A stretch of DNA of 64,000 bases from Clostridia bacterium (GCA_045601365.1 JAZRZN010000038.1:2407-66406); one strand, 5' to 3'. Shown: positions 28,149-38,690, counted from the stretch's first letter. The notes: generated by a model from the letters alone, not told the origin. Numbers and translations are program-made.

Positions 28149-28177
28149 ATTATATTTGAAATAGCTGAATCTGTCAA
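28149..28177 (-). promoter_or_regulatory. Consensus sigma-A promoter of tRNA-Leu
   Basis: On the minus strand: TTGACA, 17 nt spacer, TATAAT, 18 nt upstream of tRNA position 1. Confidence 0.6.
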
Positions 28178-28276
28178 GCGGTTTTTTAATTATTTTTACG
28201 GTTTTTTAAGTTTTTTTATGAGAACAGACAGGTACGTTGGATTTTTATTACGGCAACAGTTTGTGTCCGCGTGTTA

Positions 28277-30256
28277 TTATTCCTTTATAAGCAACTTTGA
28301 TGCATACTTTCCTGCGGGCAGGAACAGCTTGCCGTCCGTTGCAGTGAATGTTTCGCCGTTGAATATGTTTTTATATGTGCCGTTCGGAACGAAAACAGTG
28401 GTGTCGTTCAGTGCATAAACACCGATGATCTTATTATTCACATACACGCAGGCATCGTCATCATCGCTGTAAACATGTACGCCGGCAAGACGCGCAATGT
28501 TGCGAAGCACAGCTCCGCTGAGGTTGCCGACTGCACTGTAGATGCTTGTGTAATCGCTGAAGCGTTTCATGCCGATAGCTACTTTTTCGGTGTTCGGATA
28601 TACCCCGAGCGGCATTACATCGTTGTCTTCTATGAAGAAACGCGGTTGGGGAAGATCATCGTACGCAAGCTTGCCCTCATGCGTTTCGACGCAGTTTTCG
28701 TCGCCTATCAGCTGAACGATATTGATATCGGTAATGTTCTGCATAGCGGATAACCCGCCGGAAATATAATCGGGGGCATATATCCACAGCACCGTTTTAC
28801 CGCTTATTTTAAGCTGTTCCGCAAACGTGCGCAACGGTGTATTCATCTCAAAAGCATCGAGGAATATGACAAGCTTGTATTTATCCATGTTCACATTGCT
28901 GATGTCGCACATCGAATACACATCGTACGGCGCACCCATGCGAGCAAGTCCGCCGCGTTGCTTGCTGAGGCATGTAAGATTAAGTCCGCTGTTTTTGTTC
29001 ACACCGTACAGTGCTTCTCCCGACGCGATGACAAGTATCTCGCTGACGCTCTTTTGCGGATAGTTTGATAGCTCCGTTTGTATTGATATCATTTGCGCTA
29101 TGGATCCCATCATTTCTTTTGATGCGAACCAACCGTTGAACATATCAAACCACCACAGTGCTGCGCCGTGTGAGAGGCAAAGCATGAAATCGCGTTGCAT
29201 AACGTTGAGCGTTTCGGTTTGATCGTTGAGCTTGTTGTGACCTCCCGGAATAAGCACATCGGCGACCTTGGCGGGCGACAGATGTGTTATATGGTCAAAT
29301 TCAAGGTAATACAGCTTGTTATGAAAGTCGAGAGTATCATATGTTACCATGAATGCACTTGTGGAATCGACCGCACGGTATGCGTATGATGAGGGTGACG
29401 ATATCATATTTATATCCGGCGAAGTAAAGACTTTTTCGTAAGCCAGATGTCCCGCATTCCAAAGACGTGCGTTTTCAAGCTCAAAAAGATATCCGAAATA
29501 CAGTCCGAGCAGTTTTCTGTGCTTAAGCACTTTCTGCGCCTCGTGCGCAAAATACAGAATGCTGTCGGATATCAGTTCGGCATGGAATCTACGGTACGTT
29601 TTGACCTCATCCATATGTTCCGGTGCGGTGAACGCTTGCCCGTCAATGCCGTCAAGTACTTCCTTTGACGGAATTTTCGCATCGGGCGAATTCAGGTATT
29701 TCCTATACGCTGCTTCCTTTATGTCAGACGGTGCTTCTTCATCGAATTGGCTCATCCATTCGGTAGTGAAGCCGCACATTAGGAAATATCCGTAAAAGAT
29801 ATCGCCGTATTTTGCTTCGACATGCTCAAGTACGGCTTTCATGTAATCCGTCGCATCATTGCGCCACTTTTCCTGCGCTATGGTCTGTGAAAGGTGCGTG
29901 AACGTATACGGCACTCCGTATTTTTCAGTATACCACGGACGTGTATCAAGCTGTATCATCAGTGCAAAATAAGAATCGGGAGCATTTGCCTTAAAAAGCT
30001 CTATCTGCCTGTCAATAGCATCGAAATCGTATTCATGATCACCTATCCAGCTTTCACCGAAAAGCGAATACTCAACTCCGAGCATGCTTATCATTCCGCT
30101 TGAAAGGATGCTGAACAGCTTTACTCCCGCTTTTGCAAAATCGGAAATATTATCTTTGTTCGGTCTGAAAGATTTGAACGACAGCGGTTCAAAAAGCTGA
30201 CCGTCAATATCTATTTTCAAAGCTCCGTTTTTACGGACAATACTTACTTTTTCCAT
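28277..30256 (-). CDS. Putative glycoside hydrolase with GH42-like architecture (family not assigned)
   Basis: AAGAGGT RBS and no signal peptide. 'GESWIGDHEYDFDAIDRQIELF..LMIQLDTRPWY' resembles the GH42 TIM-barrel start. 'YKLVIFLDAFEM' resembles the GH42 trimerisation (GATase-like) domain. Confidence 0.6.
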   Translation of the reverse strand: MEKVSIVRKNGALKIDIDGQLFEPLSFKSFRPNKDNISDFAKAGVKLFSILSSGMISMLGVEYSLFGESWIGDHEYDFDAIDRQIELFKANAPDSYFALMIQLDTRPWYTEKYGVPYTFTHLSQTIAQEKWRNDATDYMKAVLEHVEAKYGDIFYGYFLMCGFTTEWMSQFDEEAPSDIKEAAYRKYLNSPDAKIPSKEVLDGIDGQAFTAPEHMDEVKTYRRFHAELISDSILYFAHEAQKVLKHRKLLGLYFGYLFELENARLWNAGHLAYEKVFTSPDINMISSPSSYAYRAVDSTSAFMVTYDTLDFHNKLYYLEFDHITHLSPAKVADVLIPGGHNKLNDQTETLNVMQRDFMLCLSHGAALWWFDMFNGWFASKEMMGSIAQMISIQTELSNYPQKSVSEILVIASGEALYGVNKNSGLNLTCLSKQRGGLARMGAPYDVYSMCDISNVNMDKYKLVIFLDAFEMNTPLRTFAEQLKISGKTVLWIYAPDYISGGLSAMQNITDINIVQLIGDENCVETHEGKLAYDDLPQPRFFIEDNDVMPLGVYPNTEKVAIGMKRFSDYTSIYSAVGNLSGAVLRNIARLAGVHVYSDDDDACVYVNNKIIGVYALNDTTVFVPNGTYKNIFNGETFTATDGKLFLPAGKYASKLLIKE

Positions 30257-30281
30257 TCAAAAACCTCTTGCAATATTTATG

Positions 30282-31763
30282 CTATTCCACGTTCGTAAGA
30301 TGGAACTGAGCTGTCATTTCTTCAAACAGTTTATTATAAAACTCATCGTCAACGGTCTGTCCGGAGTGTGCCGCACGGGTGGTGCGCTCTATGAGCTGAG
30401 TTGCCGCCAAACGCAGATTGGCGGAGCCGTTGAACACCGGCGTCACGAACGTATTTGAAACATTATCGAGCAAAAGCTTCGTGGCCTTGAGCTTAACATC
30501 ATAATACAGGTCATCATCCTCGCCTTCTTTTGCCAGATAATCTGTATATGCGGTGTTTTCACGGGCAGTTTTCGTAACGGGAATATAGCCCTCTGTTTGT
30601 GCATAACTTATCTGTGTTTCGTCGTTCAGAAGGAACTGCATGAACAGCCAGGAAGCAAGTACCTCTTGCGGATCCTCCTTATTGAATATACATACAGACG
30701 GTCCCTGAGATATCATTTTCGGATTTTCGGTATCAAACTGCGGGACTTCCATTACTGCTGTTTCAAAATCAACTATTTGTTCTTCAGGAATATCAAGAAG
30801 CGGTGCTTTGCTTCCCATCCATGTTGCGCCGGCCGTTGAATCTATAGCAAACAGGCACTGACCGGCGTTAAGATAGTTTGCCGGATACGATGATATCGCA
30901 AATGTAGAAAATGCGCCTGTTCTGCCGTGCTTTTCTATCTCGCCGAGCAAAGCTTTTGTCGTATCGTTGAAAAGCAGTATCTTACCGTCGTCGGTGGAAT
31001 AATCGGCTTGCTTCTGCTTGAGCATCTGTATCATCATGTTGTCAGTCGATTTGTATATAAACGGTATAAGTACCTTCTGCCCGTTGATTTTGAAATTGTC
31101 GGCATCATCCTTTTCCATTGCCTTTTCCGAGACTTCCCAAATGAAGTCCCATGTAAGCTTTTCGGGAAGCGTATAGCCGAGCTTTTCGACAAAAGTCTTG
31201 TTGATATAGCATGCTTCGGTCGAGCGCATGAACGGTAATGCGTATGATATGCCGTTGATCTTTCCTTCGTTCAGATATTCCTCTATAATTTCGCTTTTCT
31301 TGGGAGCGGTGAATTTTACTTCACTGCCGCCGAGCCCGTATTTTGCATCGTCGAGAAGATTATCGAGCGGTACCACGGTATCCTTGCCCGTTATATATGT
31401 CGCTATATGATCGGGATACGTTATGCAGATATTCGGCTCGGTATTTGTTGAAATATTGGTTATCACATCACTGTAAATTCTTTCATAATTGGTATACAGC
31501 TTCATTTTTACCGTGATATTCGGATAGATTTTTTGGAACTCCTCTATTGCTTTTTTGTATATATTAGTTTGTGTTTTGTTGGTATCGTTTTTCGCCCAAA
31601 AGGTCAGCTCATAGTTTTTTGACGTATCAAATGTTTCCGGCACTTCAAATGTCGGTTTTTCCTCATTATCGGGCGTATCTGCTGTCTGCAACTGTCCGTG
31701 GCATCCAGCAAATGTCATCGCAACCATAAGTAGCACAAGCAGCAAAGATAAGCTTTTTTTCAT
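30282..31763 (-). CDS. Carbohydrate ABC transporter substrate-binding lipoprotein
   Basis: Lipobox 'MTFAGC'. CUT1-type SBP sequence. 493 aa. Confidence 0.88.
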   Translation of the reverse strand: MKKSLSLLLVLLMVAMTFAGCHGQLQTADTPDNEEKPTFEVPETFDTSKNYELTFWAKNDTNKTQTNIYKKAIEEFQKIYPNITVKMKLYTNYERIYSDVITNISTNTEPNICITYPDHIATYITGKDTVVPLDNLLDDAKYGLGGSEVKFTAPKKSEIIEEYLNEGKINGISYALPFMRSTEACYINKTFVEKLGYTLPEKLTWDFIWEVSEKAMEKDDADNFKINGQKVLIPFIYKSTDNMMIQMLKQKQADYSTDDGKILLFNDTTKALLGEIEKHGRTGAFSTFAISSYPANYLNAGQCLFAIDSTAGATWMGSKAPLLDIPEEQIVDFETAVMEVPQFDTENPKMISQGPSVCIFNKEDPQEVLASWLFMQFLLNDETQISYAQTEGYIPVTKTARENTAYTDYLAKEGEDDDLYYDVKLKATKLLLDNVSNTFVTPVFNGSANLRLAATQLIERTTRAAHSGQTVDDEFYNKLFEEMTAQFHLTNVE

Positions 31764-32626
31764 CCCTTTGTTCCTCCTCTTGAAACACCTTCCATTATTT
31801 TTTTACGGAATATGATAAATATTACTATGAGAGGTATTGATATCGCAACGACAGCCGCCATCATTTCGGGGATATTCTCTCTTCCGAGACCGTTTTCGCG
31901 TATTTCCTGAATGCCGTTAGATACAAGGTAATATGCTTCCTCATCAGTAATGAGACGCGGCCAGACATAAGAGTTCCAGCATTCTATCGCCTTGAGTATA
32001 ATGACCGTAACGATAGTAGGTCTGCATATCGGCACAAGCACCCTGAACAGATATTTCATGTCACTTGTTCCGTCCACTTTGGCGGCACGGTACAGCTCAT
32101 CCGGCACAAGCTCAAAGTTTTCCTTGAGCAGATACATATAAAAAACCGATGTCACCGACGGCAGTATCAAGCCGGTAAATGTGTTTCTCAGTCCGAGTGT
32201 GGTCACCGTGTTGTAATTTGTGATTATAACAAGCTCGTTCGGTATCATCATTAAAGCGAGAAAAAGCACGAACACAAGCTTTTTGCCTTTGAATTCAAGC
32301 CGTGCGAATGCAAATGCCGCAAATATGATGACAAACAGCATAAGAGCAGTCGTTATCGCCGTAAATACGAACGTGTTCAGCAAATACCGTCCGAGAGGCG
32401 CGTCACGAAACACATTGACGTAGTTTTCGAATATCGGCGTAAATGTGAAGAATTTCGGTGTGTACTCGGCGTTATATGCCGAATAACTCTTGACGGATGA
32501 AAGTATCATCCAATAAAACGGGAAAAGCACTATTACTGCCCACAGTCCAAGACCGAAATAAGTGAAGCTCTTGCCTATTGCATTCTCTATGCGTTTTCTT
32601 TTTGCAATTTCTTCGTAATCGCTCAT
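31760..32626 (-). CDS. Carbohydrate ABC transporter permease (MalG-like)
   Basis: Six TM segments. EAA-type loop 'ELYRAAKVDGTSDMKYLFRVLVP'. Confidence 0.92.
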   Translation of the reverse strand: MSDYEEIAKRKRIENAIGKSFTYFGLGLWAVIVLFPFYWMILSSVKSYSAYNAEYTPKFFTFTPIFENYVNVFRDAPLGRYLLNTFVFTAITTALMLFVIIFAAFAFARLEFKGKKLVFVLFLALMMIPNELVIITNYNTVTTLGLRNTFTGLILPSVTSVFYMYLLKENFELVPDELYRAAKVDGTSDMKYLFRVLVPICRPTIVTVIILKAIECWNSYVWPRLITDEEAYYLVSNGIQEIRENGLGRENIPEMMAAVVAISIPLIVIFIIFRKKIMEGVSRGGTKG

Positions 32627-32639
32627 TTCACTTTGCCTT

Positions 32640-33521
32640 TCACCGTGTTTTTTTGCTGACCAACAGGTTTATAACGGTTATAACAAGCACTATTGCAAAC
32701 AGTATAAGTGCCGCCGCCGATGCATATGACGGGAACCCGCCGTTAGTGTAGAGTGTATCGTAAATATAGCCTACTATAGTGTTCATACCGGCTGAATTGA
32801 GGTCTGTGCCGAACAGCGCCACTTCATCGCTGTATGCCTTGAATGCGCCGATAAATCCCGTTATTACAAGATATACTATCATCGGCGATATCATCGGAAG
32901 CGTTATCCGCGTAAATACTCTCCATTTCGGTGTTGCGTCAACCATCGCGGCATTGTAATAGGTTTTATCGACCGACGCAAGCGCACTTGTAAGAATAAGC
33001 ACCTTGAACGGCAGTACCACCCAAACGGTGTAGAAGCACATAACGAACATTTTTGCCCAATACGGTCCGTCAATAAAATCTATCGGCCCTGCGCCGAACC
33101 ACGATATCATGAGGTTCACCAAGCCATCGGTATAAGCAGTCTTTTTGAAGAGTATCATGAACACGAGTCCTACGGCAAGTGTGTTTGTTACATACGGCAG
33201 AAAGTAAATAGTCTGAAACAGCTCACGAAGCTTTTTTATCGAGCTTAAACCGAGTGATATGAACAGTGCCGTAAGTGTTGATATCGGCACGGTAATAAAT
33301 ACGATTATAAATGTATTTTTGACCGCCTGAATGAAAAAAGGATCTTTAAGCACATAGCGGTAGTTCGCAAGCCCGATACCCGTATACGTCTGCGATGCGA
33401 AGTTGAAGTTTTCTTCAAACGAATAAAGCAGCACATCGAGAAGCGGGTAAATCATAAATACGGCTATAAATGCAATGGCGGGCAACAGATAAAGCCAACC
33501 TTTGAATTTTTCGAATTTCAT
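32640..33521 (-). CDS. Carbohydrate ABC transporter permease (MalF-like)
   Basis: Six TM segments. 'YYNAAMVDATPKWRVFTRITLP' EAA loop. Confidence 0.92.
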   Translation of the reverse strand: MKFEKFKGWLYLLPAIAFIAVFMIYPLLDVLLYSFEENFNFASQTYTGIGLANYRYVLKDPFFIQAVKNTFIIVFITVPISTLTALFISLGLSSIKKLRELFQTIYFLPYVTNTLAVGLVFMILFKKTAYTDGLVNLMISWFGAGPIDFIDGPYWAKMFVMCFYTVWVVLPFKVLILTSALASVDKTYYNAAMVDATPKWRVFTRITLPMISPMIVYLVITGFIGAFKAYSDEVALFGTDLNSAGMNTIVGYIYDTLYTNGGFPSYASAAALILFAIVLVITVINLLVSKKTR

Positions 33522-34618
33522 TTTGCCTCCCGCATTATGCGCTCTTCGGTAGTTTTATCAAAAACGAACATTTTGTTTTTTCTGATATTGAAGCGCACAA
33601 CACCGGATGTCGGCAATGTCGGGCTTTCCGCACTTATTACCGAACGCACGAACGGATTCTTTGACGCAGGATTCACCGATACTATACTCGTATCTCTGCC
33701 CATTACCTCTATTGATTTGAGTTCGCATCCGAATACGCCGTTTTCATCCGGGATGAAGCCCTCGGGACGTATTGCTATGCTGACCTCGCGGTCGGGCTCG
33801 CCGTCGGCGTCGCCTATTCGGTCTTCACCGATGAATATTCCGCCATTGCGGATCGTACCGGAAAATACATTTATCGGGGGTGTTCCCAAAAACTCTGCCA
33901 CAAAGAGATTCGCGGGATCGTCATAGACCTTCTGAGGCGCGTCAGCCTGCTGAACGACGCCATTGCGCATTACGATGATTATATCGGATATGCTCATTGC
34001 TTCGTCCTGATCGTGTGTAACGAATACAGTGGTTATGCCGGTCGTTGTTTGTATGCGCTTTATTTCCTCCCGGGTGCGGATACGCAGTCGGGCATCAAGA
34101 TTTGAAAGCGGCTCATCAAGCAGGAGGACCTTCGGCATTTTGACGAGCGCACGGGCTATCGCCACGCGCTGTTGCTGACCGCCGGAAAGCTGTGTAGGCT
34201 TGCGTTCGAGAAATTCTTCTATCTGTACGAGCCTTGCCGCTTTGACAGTCCTTTCTTTCATCTCCGCCTTGCTCAGTTTATCCTTGCCGCGCAGATTTCC
34301 GAGCGGAAACATTATATTCTGCCGCACGGTCATGTGCGGATATAGCGCGTAATTCTGAAAAACTATGCCTACGCCGCGAGCGTCCGGCGGCATATTCGTA
34401 ACATCGTCATCGCCGAAAAATATGCTACCCTCTGTTGGTGCTTCAAGTCCGCAAATGAGATTAAGCGTAGTGCTTTTTCCGCATCCGCTCGGACCAAGCA
34501 AGCCGATGAGCTTCCCGTCGGGTATCTCAAAATCGAAATTATCGACCGCTTTGACGGGTCTGGCTTTTTTATTTCGATTGGGATATATTTTTGTGAGGTT
34601 TTTCAGAGAAATTTTCAT
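33518..34618 (-). CDS. Sugar ABC transporter ATP-binding protein (MsmX/UgpC-like)
   Basis: ATG 34618 follows AAAGGAG. Walker A 'GPSGCGKST', signature 'LSGGQQQRVA', Walker B 'LLLDEPLS'. Confidence 0.93.
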   Translation of the reverse strand: MKISLKNLTKIYPNRNKKARPVKAVDNFDFEIPDGKLIGLLGPSGCGKSTTLNLICGLEAPTEGSIFFGDDDVTNMPPDARGVGIVFQNYALYPHMTVRQNIMFPLGNLRGKDKLSKAEMKERTVKAARLVQIEEFLERKPTQLSGGQQQRVAIARALVKMPKVLLLDEPLSNLDARLRIRTREEIKRIQTTTGITTVFVTHDQDEAMSISDIIIVMRNGVVQQADAPQKVYDDPANLFVAEFLGTPPINVFSGTIRNGGIFIGEDRIGDADGEPDREVSIAIRPEGFIPDENGVFGCELKSIEVMGRDTSIVSVNPASKNPFVRSVISAESPTLPTSGVVRFNIRKNKMFVFDKTTEERIMREAK

Positions 34619-34681
34619 CCCGTATTCTCCTTTTTCGGTCGGATGACGTTTCAAAGAATGCTGTGTTATGTCCTTCAGCGC

Positions 34682-36172
34682 TTATTTGCTTTTAAGTACG
34701 ACGTCGTGAGCGCCGCCCTCGACGATGCTTACCGATGAAACAAGTGTGAGCTTTGCTTTTTGCTGAAGCTCGGGGATAGTCAGCGCGCCGCAGTTACACA
34801 TGGTGCTTTTTACCTTGGCAAGGCTCTGGCGGACATTATCCGAAAGCTTACCGGCATAAGGAACATATGAATCGACACCTTCCTCAAACGAAAGCTTGCT
34901 TGCACCGCCGAGATCGTATCTCTGCCAGTTGCGTGCGCGGTTACTGCCCTCGCCCCAATACTCCTTCATGAGAGTGCCGTTGACATTTATCTTTGCCGAG
35001 GGGCTTTCGTCGAAACGCGCAAAATATCTTCCGAGCATAACGAAATCAGCACCCATTGCAAGCGCAAGCGTTATGTGATGGTCGTGAACGATACCGCCGT
35101 CGGAGCAAACGGGAACATATACGCCTGTCTCCTTATAATATTCGTCACGGGCACGGCAAACGTCGATGACCGCCGTCGCCTGACCTCTTCCGATACCCTT
35201 TGTTTCACGGGTGATGCAGATAGAGCCGCCGCCTATGCCGACCTTTACGAAATCAGCGCCGCATTCGGCAAGGAAACGGAAGCCCTCACCGTCTACGACA
35301 TTGCCCGCGCCGACCTTCACCTTGTCACCGTATTTTGAACGTATGAAATCTATCGTAAGCTTCTGCCATTCCGAATAGCCCTCCGAGGAATCTATGCACA
35401 GAACGTCAACGCCGGCTTCAACGAGCGCCGGAACACGTTCTGCATAGTCACGGGTGTTGATACCGGCACCGACAACGTAACGCTTGTTTGCGTCAAGCAA
35501 CTCATTAGGGTTGTTTTTATGCTCTTCGTAATCCTTACGGAAAACGAAATAGCAAAGATGTCCGTCGGCTGAAACTATAGGAAGCGAATTGAGTTTATGC
35601 TCCCATATCAGGTCGTTCGCCTCGCTGAGCGAAACGCCTTCATGTGCATAGACGAGCTTGCTCATCGGCGTCATGAACTTTTCTACTTTTTCATTCAGAT
35701 CCAAACGGCTCATACGGTAGTCACGGCTTGTTACTATTCCGAGAAGCATACCGTTCGATGTGCCGTCATCGGTGACAGCAACGGTGGAGTGACCTGTTTT
35801 TTCCTTGAGTGCAAGTATATCGGCAAGAGTGGCATCGTATCTGACATTGGAATCGCTTGTAACAAAGCCGGCCTTATAGCCCTTGGCGCGCCTTACCATG
35901 GCGGCCTCGTCTTCTATTGACTGAGAACCGTATATAAACGAAACTCCGCCCTCACGTGCAAGTGCTATCGCAAGCTTGTCACCTGAGACGGATTGCATTA
36001 TTGCCGAAACCATCGGTATATTCATTTCTATTGCCGGCGTTTCACCTTTTTTGTACTTGACAAGCGGAGTCTTAAGGCTGACATTGGTCGGTATGCAGCT
36101 GCTGTCCGAATATCCCGGAACAAGCAGGTATTCATTAAAAGTATGAGAGGGTTCATTGAAGAAGGTTGCCAT
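34682..36172 (-). CDS. guaB: IMP dehydrogenase
   Basis: Catalytic loop '[11 protein letters not shown]', a CBS pair insert and 'CSDGGI'. 496 aa. Confidence 0.93.
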   Translation of the reverse strand: MATFFNEPSHTFNEYLLVPGYSDSSCIPTNVSLKTPLVKYKKGETPAIEMNIPMVSAIMQSVSGDKLAIALAREGGVSFIYGSQSIEDEAAMVRRAKGYKAGFVTSDSNVRYDATLADILALKEKTGHSTVAVTDDGTSNGMLLGIVTSRDYRMSRLDLNEKVEKFMTPMSKLVYAHEGVSLSEANDLIWEHKLNSLPIVSADGHLCYFVFRKDYEEHKNNPNELLDANKRYVVGAGINTRDYAERVPALVEAGVDVLCIDSSEGYSEWQKLTIDFIRSKYGDKVKVGAGNVVDGEGFRFLAECGADFVKVGIGGGSICITRETKGIGRGQATAVIDVCRARDEYYKETGVYVPVCSDGGIVHDHHITLALAMGADFVMLGRYFARFDESPSAKINVNGTLMKEYWGEGSNRARNWQRYDLGGASKLSFEEGVDSYVPYAGKLSDNVRQSLAKVKSTMCNCGALTIPELQQKAKLTLVSSVSIVEGGAHDVVLKSK

Positions 36173-36227
36173 GATTTTATCGCTCCTTATAAAAAATTAT
36201 ACTTAGTTCATTATATAATTTTTTCTT

Positions 36228-37664
36228 TTAATTGTCAATCTTATATTTCACACGGTTTTTCCTTAACAACGTAAAACGTTTATATGCTTCTGTGTAGTCC
36301 GTGCCGGATGGCGAAAAACGTTTTTGCACGGAAACGAATTTTTCGGCGGCATCGGATATACTTTCAGCACAGCCTGTGCCGAATGATGCCATTATCGCAC
36401 AGCCGAGGCACGCGGTTTCGCTTTCGGTCAGTGTGCAAAGCTCTTTTTGCGTGACATCGGCTTTTATCTGCGCCCAGAGAGAACTTGAAGCACCGCCGCC
36501 GGTAATGCGTATTTCGGCATTTTTATCTGCATCTACATGGTCAAGACCGTTTTTGAGCATGAAAGCCACCGATTCAAGTATGGCGCGGGCAAAGTGGGCG
36601 CGTGTGTGCGAAAGTGTTATTCCTGTAAATGTTGCCGTTGCATCCGGATCATATTCAGGCATGGTCGAGCCGCAGAAATAGGGCAGTACCGTCAATCCGT
36701 CAGAGCCTGCAGGGATACGCTCCGCAAGTGTGTCAAGCTCCTTGAAGCTCATGTCTGCGGCAAACTCGTTTCTGAACCACTTAAGTGCCATGCCTGCTGT
36801 CGGAGACCACAAAAGCAGACAGTATTTGCCGTCGATTGCGTGTATGTGGCACGGTATCATGCAGTTTTCGCGGTACGGCGGAATGGTGTCGCACATGACA
36901 CATATCGCCATTACAGTACCTGTCATTTCGCTGATATGCTTTTTGTCCGTTATTCCCGAACCTATCGCGCCGGCTATCTGGTCGAGTGCGCCGGTCACGA
37001 TCTTTATACCGTCATATTCGCCGATGTACTCTGCACTTTTAATACATTCGGGAAGCAGAGAGCTGTCTATTCCGATAAAATCAAGCATCTCATGCCACCA
37101 TGTTTTTTCGGTTATATCATAGTAGACCGTCGATGACTGTACCGTCGGCTCGGTTACAAAACGTCCGCTGAGACTGAACAGAATATAGTCTTCAAGCATA
37201 AATATCTTTTTTATCTTTTTGAATATTTCCTGACGGTTGTGCCTGAACCACAGCAGCTTTGAGGCCGGCCAACCTGCTGTTATCTCAGGCTGTCCGGTGA
37301 CCTCATAGACACGCTTGTTTCCAAAGACTTGCTGTATTTCATCCGCCTCTGCCTTTGCACGGTTATCCAGCCACACTACGGCAGGGCATAGCGGTGTCCC
37401 GTTTTCATCGGTCAGTATCAATGTTTCGCCCTGCGTATCTACCGAAAGTGCATAGATTTCACCGACATCGCTTTTTAAGCGCGATATCGCTTCCTTGCAC
37501 ATTTCTATGTAGCGCAAGGCGTCGAATTCAATAAAACCTGTTTCGGCATCGGTATCAAGTGTGTAATCAATAACTGTCTGTGTGAGCTTTTTGCCGTTTT
37601 CGTCAAATGCCGCTGCCTTAACGGAAGTAGTACCGATATCTATTCCTGCAAATATTTTGGACAT
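36228..37664 (-). CDS. FGGY-family carbohydrate kinase (xylulokinase-like)
   Basis: ATG 37664 follows GGAGG. 'FAGIDIGTTSVKA' and 'RITGGGASSSLWAQI' motifs. Confidence 0.88.
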   Translation of the reverse strand: MSKIFAGIDIGTTSVKAAAFDENGKKLTQTVIDYTLDTDAETGFIEFDALRYIEMCKEAISRLKSDVGEIYALSVDTQGETLILTDENGTPLCPAVVWLDNRAKAEADEIQQVFGNKRVYEVTGQPEITAGWPASKLLWFRHNRQEIFKKIKKIFMLEDYILFSLSGRFVTEPTVQSSTVYYDITEKTWWHEMLDFIGIDSSLLPECIKSAEYIGEYDGIKIVTGALDQIAGAIGSGITDKKHISEMTGTVMAICVMCDTIPPYRENCMIPCHIHAIDGKYCLLLWSPTAGMALKWFRNEFAADMSFKELDTLAERIPAGSDGLTVLPYFCGSTMPEYDPDATATFTGITLSHTRAHFARAILESVAFMLKNGLDHVDADKNAEIRITGGGASSSLWAQIKADVTQKELCTLTESETACLGCAIMASFGTGCAESISDAAEKFVSVQKRFSPSGTDYTEAYKRFTLLRKNRVKYKIDN

Positions 37665-37690
37665 AATTGCCTCCATGTATATTTATTTTC

Positions 37691-37719
37691 TTGATTTTTT
37701 ATACATTGTGCAGTATAAT
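37691..37719 (+). promoter_or_regulatory. Sigma-A type promoter of the AraC regulator
   Basis: TTGATT, 17 nt spacer, TATAAT. Confidence 0.5.
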
Positions 37720-37741
37720 GTTATCGAAAGTGGGTGAACGT

Positions 37742-38632
37742 ATGGAAAAAATATATCATCCGTATCCGATAACGAGATTGTTTGAAATAATGAAACTGTA
37801 TACCGTTCATTATTTAGAGCTTAATAAAGACTTCCACGAAGAGCCGGAAGCACATGATTTCTGGGAATTGGTATATGCAGATACCGGCAGGATATATCTT
37901 GAGAGCGATGATGAAACGATATATCTGAGCGAGGACGATATATACATTCACAAGCCGAATCAGCGTCACCGTTTTCACGGCGACGGCATAAACGATTCGC
38001 GCATATTCATAATTTCATTTTCTTGCGATTCGCCCGAAATGCTGTTTTTTATCAACAAGCTGTTCCGCGCGGATGAATACGAACAAAGACTTATAGCAAT
38101 GGTGATAAGCGTTGCCAAGGAAACATTTGAGAAGATCGAAAACAATCCGCAAATGGACAGACTTGTAAGACTTAAAGATGCTTTTGCAGGCGGAGAACAG
38201 CTTATAGCCGATACCGCCGAGCTTTTATTGTTGAACATTTATTCGCAAAAAAGCTCAAAGCTCATACGCCCGTTTCTTTCAAAGGAATTGTTTGAAGATG
38301 CACTTATTCTATCTGTGATAGAGGTGCTTGAAGCGCATCTGTTCGATGATATAAAAATGAAAGATATTGCGCTTGAAACCAATTACAGTATATCATTTAT
38401 ATCGACATATTTCAAGGAGCGAACGCATTATACCGTATCGGAATATCATAATATCCTTAAAATCGAACGTGCGAAAGTGATGTTGAAGGAAACCGGACAC
38501 AATATCGAACAGATATCGCGTGAGCTGAATTTCTGCAATCAGCATTATTTTTCTGCGATTTTCAAAAGATACGTCAAAATGACGCCGAGTGAATACAAAC
38601 GCTCGGTGCTGTCGCTCGGTAAGAAACAGTAA
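37742..38632 (+). CDS. AraC family transcriptional regulator
   Basis: ATG 37742. Cupin-like N-terminus. C-terminal 'ISFISTYFKERTHYTVSEY...QHYFSAIFKRYVKMTPSEY'. Confidence 0.9.
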   Translation: MEKIYHPYPITRLFEIMKLYTVHYLELNKDFHEEPEAHDFWELVYADTGRIYLESDDETIYLSEDDIYIHKPNQRHRFHGDGINDSRIFIISFSCDSPEMLFFINKLFRADEYEQRLIAMVISVAKETFEKIENNPQMDRLVRLKDAFAGGEQLIADTAELLLLNIYSQKSSKLIRPFLSKELFEDALILSVIEVLEAHLFDDIKMKDIALETNYSISFISTYFKERTHYTVSEYHNILKIERAKVMLKETGHNIEQISRELNFCNQHYFSAIFKRYVKMTPSEYKRSVLSLGKKQ

Positions 38633-38657
38633 GAATACACAGCAATAGTACTGTATC

Positions 38658-38690
38658 AAAACCCGCCCGGAAATAAAACGGGCGGGTTTT
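38658..38690. terminator. Bidirectional rho-independent terminator
   Basis: AAAACCCGCCCG, 9 nt loop, CGGGCGGGTTTT, between convergent genes. Confidence 0.75.

Noticed and set aside
27197-28276. The tRNA gene as a possible integration site for a mobile element or genomic island.
   Set aside because: I could find no integrase, recombinase, transposase, or direct repeat of the tRNA 3' end in the flanks. The neighbours are ordinary regulator and sugar genes.
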